Positions 60,217 through 64,000 of a stretch of DNA of 64,000 bases are shown here, in pieces. A program made the position numbers and the translations under genes. The number at the start of each line of letters is the position of its first letter. Within the stretch, counting starts at the first letter, position 1. Source of the stretch: Salinispira sp. (GTDB taxonomy: Bacteria > Spirochaetota > Spirochaetia > DSM-27196 > Salinispiraceae); the NCBI GenBank assembly GCA_965602015.1, contig OZ271918.1:2496001-2560000 (forward strand), written 5' to 3'. The notes beneath the pieces were generated by a model. That model ran no database searches, was not told where the DNA came from, and saw only the letters and a program-made list of their open reading frames with translations.

Positions 60217-61468
60217 AGTGCCCCCAAAACAGCTGATCGAATCAACATAACTCTTTTGCCAGTAGTCTTCTATGACACGATTACCAGTTCATAGGAGATT
60301 ACCATGGCATTTCACCCCCGTTTCTGTCCGTACTCGGACTGCTCTCAGCATCATCGCGACAAAGCATCAAGCCGGTGCTGGTTTGTCCGAAACGGCCACT
60401 ATCACTGCCGCCGCCTCGGTTCTTCACAGCGCTATCGCTGTAAGCATTGCCGTCGATACTTCTGCGAAAGCGCGTTTCACCTCGATTATCGCGCACATCA
60501 TCGCCTCGATTACCGGCGCATCTTCTCTTCGATCAATTCGGCCTCCGGCATCCGCGACATTGCCCGGGAGTTTTATGTCACCGACAAGGTCATTCTCAAT
60601 CGGCTGAGCCGATTGTCCCGTCAGGCAATCGCTGCCATGGCCGAGTTATTGAATGATCATACAATCGATGAGGATATCGCAGTTGATGGGTTTGAAAGCT
60701 TTGTGTATAGCCAATACTGGCCGAACAACTTCACCCTCGCGGTAGGTTCCGACAGCCAGGTTGTCTATGCGTGCGACTATGCGCAGATGCGGCGCAAAGG
60801 GCGGATGACCCCCGCACAAAAGCGCCGGCGCGATGAGCTCAATCGCCGGTATCCTATTGCAGGGGGACAAATTGCGCGATCTTTCCAGGATGTGATAAAC
60901 ACCATTCTTCCCCGGTGGAAGGCCTATTCATCGAAGAAGCCATGCTATCTCTTGAGCGATGAAAAACTCGAATACCGCCGTGAGCTGTTCGCTCACCGGG
61001 ATTGGGCGGCGTTGGAAAATGCAGGGAAGGTACTCCATCACCGAACCTCATCGAGGGTGGTCAGGACCACTGAAAACCCCCTGTTTCCGGTGAATTACCT
61101 GGACCGGGAGATACGAAAGGATCAATCCTGTCATGTCCGCCAGAGCGTGCAGTGGTCAAAATCGGTGAACAACAGCATGGAGCGGATGATGATCTACATC
61201 GCCTATCATAACCTGCTCAAGCCGTACCGGATAAACGGACGAAACGATATCAGCCATGGTGAGGTTGCCGGGTTTGACCGAAAGCGGGTACTCACGTTGG
61301 CAAAAAGGATGTTTACACAGCGGGCCTTCGTTCATCATCTGGTGCTGGACATCAGCCAATGGAAGACCTGGCACCGGATCTGGAAGACACCGGTGAGTGC
61401 GCTGAAGATCGATCTTCCCGATTATGCGGTGGCCTGAGGAGCGGGAAATCAGCTGTTTTGGGGGCACT
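60217..61468 (+). mobile_element. 1252-bp insertion-sequence-like element with 21-bp perfect terminal inverted repeats
   Basis: AGTGCCCCCAAAACAGCTGAT at 60217-60237 and its reverse complement at 61448-61468, enclosing a single transposase-like ORF. Confidence 0.85.
60304..61437 (+). CDS. IS1-like transposase (Zn ribbon + HTH + RNase H-like core)
   Basis: CP...C and QRYRCKHC zinc ribbon, GIRDIAR HTH, VDGFES, LSDEK, YHNLLKP. AGGAG RBS. Confidence 0.72.
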   Translation: MAFHPRFCPYSDCSQHHRDKASSRCWFVRNGHYHCRRLGSSQRYRCKHCRRYFCESAFHLDYRAHHRLDYRRIFSSINSASGIRDIAREFYVTDKVILNRLSRLSRQAIAAMAELLNDHTIDEDIAVDGFESFVYSQYWPNNFTLAVGSDSQVVYACDYAQMRRKGRMTPAQKRRRDELNRRYPIAGGQIARSFQDVINTILPRWKAYSSKKPCYLLSDEKLEYRRELFAHRDWAALENAGKVLHHRTSSRVVRTTENPLFPVNYLDREIRKDQSCHVRQSVQWSKSVNNSMERMMIYIAYHNLLKPYRINGRNDISHGEVAGFDRKRVLTLAKRMFTQRAFVHHLVLDISQWKTWHRIWKTPVSALKIDLPDYAVA

Positions 61469-61477
61469 TCAAAAGCC

Positions 61478-62518
61478 TTACTCGGTAAAAACCCGGTTTT
61501 CCTGCTCTGCGACCCTGATAAAAGTTGTCCTCTTGCTTAGTTCCTTCAACCGGGCGGCTCCCACATAGGTGCAGGTCGACCGTATGCCTCCCAGAATGTC
61601 TTTGACGGAGTCTGCAACATCGCCCCGGTAGGGGATGCTCGTCACCTTTCCCTCGCTTGCCCGGTACTCAGCCACTCCGCCCGAGTGTTTTTCCATGGCC
61701 CTGGCCGAACTCATGCCGTAGAATTCAACGAATTTTTTTCTGTCTTTCTCGATGATGTCTCCGCCGCTTTGAGTATGGCCGGCAAACATTCCCCCGAGCA
61801 TCACGAAGTCGGCCCCGGCGCCGAACGCCTTTGCCACTTCGCCCGGGCTGGTACAGCCTCCGTCGGCGATTATATGGCCGCCTAGCCCGTGGGCAGCGTC
61901 GGCGCACTCGATAATGGCAGAGATTTGCGGGTACCCCACGCCGGTCTTTACCCTGGTGGTGCATACCGATCCGGGTCCGATTCCGACCTTGATGATATCA
62001 GCTCCCGACAGAATCAGTTCCTCAACCATTTCGCCGGTCACCACATTTCCCGCCGCAATGGTGATCGACGGGAACTCATCCCGGACCTTTTTCACGAAGT
62101 TCACGAAGTGCTCCGAGTAACCGTTGGCCACATCGATGCAGATTGAAGAAATTCTGGAGTCCAGGGCCATAATCTCGCCCAGTTTTTTCTTATCTTCATC
62201 CCCGGTTCCAGAGCTCACCATAAATCGCATAAAAAAATCATCGCTCCTTTCGTCGAGAAAAGATTTCCAGTTTTCCACCGTGTAATGCTTGTGAATGGCG
62301 GTTAGCAGGCCGTGCTCTCCCAGGGCTTCAGCCATCTCGAATGTGCCCACCGTGTCCATGTTTGCCGCAATAACAGGTACCCCTCGCCATGAGCGCTCTG
62401 AGTTGCGAAATGTGAATTCCCGATTCAGGTCCACCTGGGACCGGCTTCGAAGAGTGGAACGCTTCGGTCGGAACATAACGTCTTTGAAGCCGAGCTTAAT
62501 TTCCGGTTCGATTCTCAT
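61478..62518 (-). CDS. guaC: GMP reductase (E. coli/type-1-like)
   Basis: [59 protein letters not shown] precedes ATG 62518. Confidence 0.96.
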   Translation of the reverse strand: MRIEPEIKLGFKDVMFRPKRSTLRSRSQVDLNREFTFRNSERSWRGVPVIAANMDTVGTFEMAEALGEHGLLTAIHKHYTVENWKSFLDERSDDFFMRFMVSSGTGDEDKKKLGEIMALDSRISSICIDVANGYSEHFVNFVKKVRDEFPSITIAAGNVVTGEMVEELILSGADIIKVGIGPGSVCTTRVKTGVGYPQISAIIECADAAHGLGGHIIADGGCTSPGEVAKAFGAGADFVMLGGMFAGHTQSGGDIIEKDRKKFVEFYGMSSARAMEKHSGGVAEYRASEGKVTSIPYRGDVADSVKDILGGIRSTCTYVGAARLKELSKRTTFIRVAEQENRVFTE

Positions 62519-62582
62519 GGGATGCCTCCTGTTGACAGGGTTCAATACTAGTGAAGCGTTCAGTTCATGTAAACCCGTTCTT

Positions 62583-62728
62583 AGTGCCCCCAAAACAGCT
62601 GATTAATTTGATGTAAATGCCTTTGCAACAAAAACTAAAGGACTGATCTGAAGTTTTATTTCAACTCTACTTGTATTTCCATTCAAGATTGATACTTAGC
62701 GCGCTAAATCAGCTGTTTTGGGGGCACT
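62583..62728. mobile_element. 146-bp MITE-like non-autonomous element sharing the 21-bp terminal repeats
   Basis: Same repeat at 62583-62603 and inverted at 62708-62728, with an AT-rich non-coding interior. Confidence 0.85.
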
Positions 62729-62776
62729 GCAAAAGCGTCCTGGACATATGGTTTTCGCGAAGCTATGTTTAAACCC

Positions 62777-63817
62777 ATGAAATACCGACCGGTTTTCCAT
62801 CGGCTCAGCCTTTTGCTTGCGGCCTTGCTGCTTCTCCTGCTTTTCGGAGGGTTCCGTCTCCTGGGAATGCCGGATAACGGCAATCCGGATTCCCGCCAGC
62901 TCAGCGTCAGTTCAGAAGAAATCGAGGACAGCAGGCCCCGGGGCGGAGCCGAATCGCTTTCGCATACGGAAAATCAGGATCTTTCCGCAACGTTAAACGA
63001 ACCCTGGAATGACCCCGAACAGGTTATCAGGGCATTCTCCCGGGCATATCCCGACCGGGTCAGCGCCATTGCATTCAGGAGAGACGACTGGGCGCTTTTG
63101 GTCGACGGTCAATGGTTTTACCATGCCGGGGGCAGAATGCTGCCCGAGGAGCTCCTGGATGAAGCAGAGCGCTACGCCCCATACTCCTTTTATCCTTACA
63201 CACCGGAGCTGCGGGCGCTTCGGGAGTACAGCGACGAAGAGGTCGCCGAACTGGAAGCCCGGGTCGAGTCCCAGGCTAGTTCGGGCATAGGACGGCATCC
63301 CGGTCTGACCGACGCATTGTGGGGAATATCGGATTTTAACTCCAGCGACCGCAAAGTAAAAACCCTTTATCTTTTCAGGAGACAGGTAAATGTTCACCGC
63401 TACCTGCTTGAAGATTTGGCAGAGGTTGAAGAGCGCATCTACGAGCTGGCCCGGGACAACAGTGAGATTCGCGGGTATGTGGATTCGATCAGTACGGTGA
63501 CAGGGCACAGTTGGCGCCCTATTCTGGGAACGTTCAGCCGCAGTCTGCACTCCTACGGCATAGCCATAGATATTTTGCCCGGGAGGTTTACCCAGGCTCA
63601 AGTGTACTGGAGATGGGCGAGGCAGCTCGGACTGCCCTGGTACAACCTACCCTATGATCAGCGGATGATGCCGCCGATGGAGTTCGTCAGAGAGTTTGAG
63701 AAAGCGGGATTTATATGGGGCGGGAAATGGCGAAGATTCGATACGATACACTTTGAGTACCGGCCGGAAATTTTTGAATTAAACAGGGAGTCCTGGGAGC
63801 ATATGTCAAGGGGATGA
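62777..63817 (+). CDS. M15 family D-Ala-D-Ala carboxypeptidase-like peptidase, membrane anchored
   Basis: WRPI...SLHSYGIAIDI, GFIWGGKW..FDTIHFEYRPE, N-terminal TM. Start is 62777 or 62765. Confidence 0.88.
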   Translation: MKYRPVFHRLSLLLAALLLLLLFGGFRLLGMPDNGNPDSRQLSVSSEEIEDSRPRGGAESLSHTENQDLSATLNEPWNDPEQVIRAFSRAYPDRVSAIAFRRDDWALLVDGQWFYHAGGRMLPEELLDEAERYAPYSFYPYTPELRALREYSDEEVAELEARVESQASSGIGRHPGLTDALWGISDFNSSDRKVKTLYLFRRQVNVHRYLLEDLAEVEERIYELARDNSEIRGYVDSISTVTGHSWRPILGTFSRSLHSYGIAIDILPGRFTQAQVYWRWARQLGLPWYNLPYDQRMMPPMEFVREFEKAGFIWGGKWRRFDTIHFEYRPEIFELNRESWEHMSRG

Positions 63818-63835
63818 TATTCAGCGCTGGTGTGA

Positions 63836-64000
63836 TCACAAGCCGCAATCCCTTCGGTCATCCATTATCCTGATAGCCTGCTCGGGAAAAAGCATATCCA
63901 TTCGCCGGCTGTGTTCGCTGATAAATTCCTTCTCGGGTTCCCGGGAAACCCGAAACCAGACCCGGTAAAGATGGGGAACATTGTCTGCATTGGGGCAACG
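63836..64000 (-). CDS. Possible 3' end of an unknown gene entering from the right edge
   Basis: Open frame ...RVWFRVSREPEKEFISEHSRRMDMLF...CGL* converging on the M15 gene. Confidence 0.35.
   Translation of the reverse strand, partial: RCPNADNVPHLYRVWFRVSREPEKEFISEHSRRMDMLFPEQAIRIMDDRRDCGL

Noticed and set aside
62519..62593. N-terminal extension of GuaC in the ORF track
   Set aside because: It begins inside the MITE terminal repeat. The conserved MRIE start with AGGAGG is at 62518.

Overview
Chromosomal segment (GC-rich by eye) most consistent with a free-living Spirochaetaceae bacterium. This is an inference from gene content: the murB-cysS-ECF sigma cluster, type-2 IleRS, an OmpA/FlgD-Ig protein and M30-like lipoproteases. 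Most of the window is housekeeping and signalling genes (aroB, hisFH, ileS, valS, cysS, glyA, murB, mgtE, guaC, radC, two MCPs, a hybrid histidine kinase and a diguanylate cyclase). Mobile DNA: (1) an intact-looking IS3/IS51-group element (12314-13624, CCC target duplication) that splits an M30-like metalloprotease lipoprotein gene; (2) a family defined by an identical 21-bp terminal repeat, AGTGCCCCCAAAACAGCTGAT, present five times. These copies bound a 1252-bp element encoding an atypical IS1-like transposase, bound a 146-bp MITE-like element, and form a solo right end whose TGA is the stop codon of an unrelated gene. No target duplications are visible for this family. Other notable signals: a uORF/terminator attenuator upstream of an ABC-F gene, a class III cyclase with swapped specificity residues, an MCP with a degenerate CZB domain plus hemerythrin, a candidate atypical kinase heading an HK-DGC operon, several likely leaderless genes, and a probable CTG start. 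No rRNA, tRNA or CRISPR array was seen.
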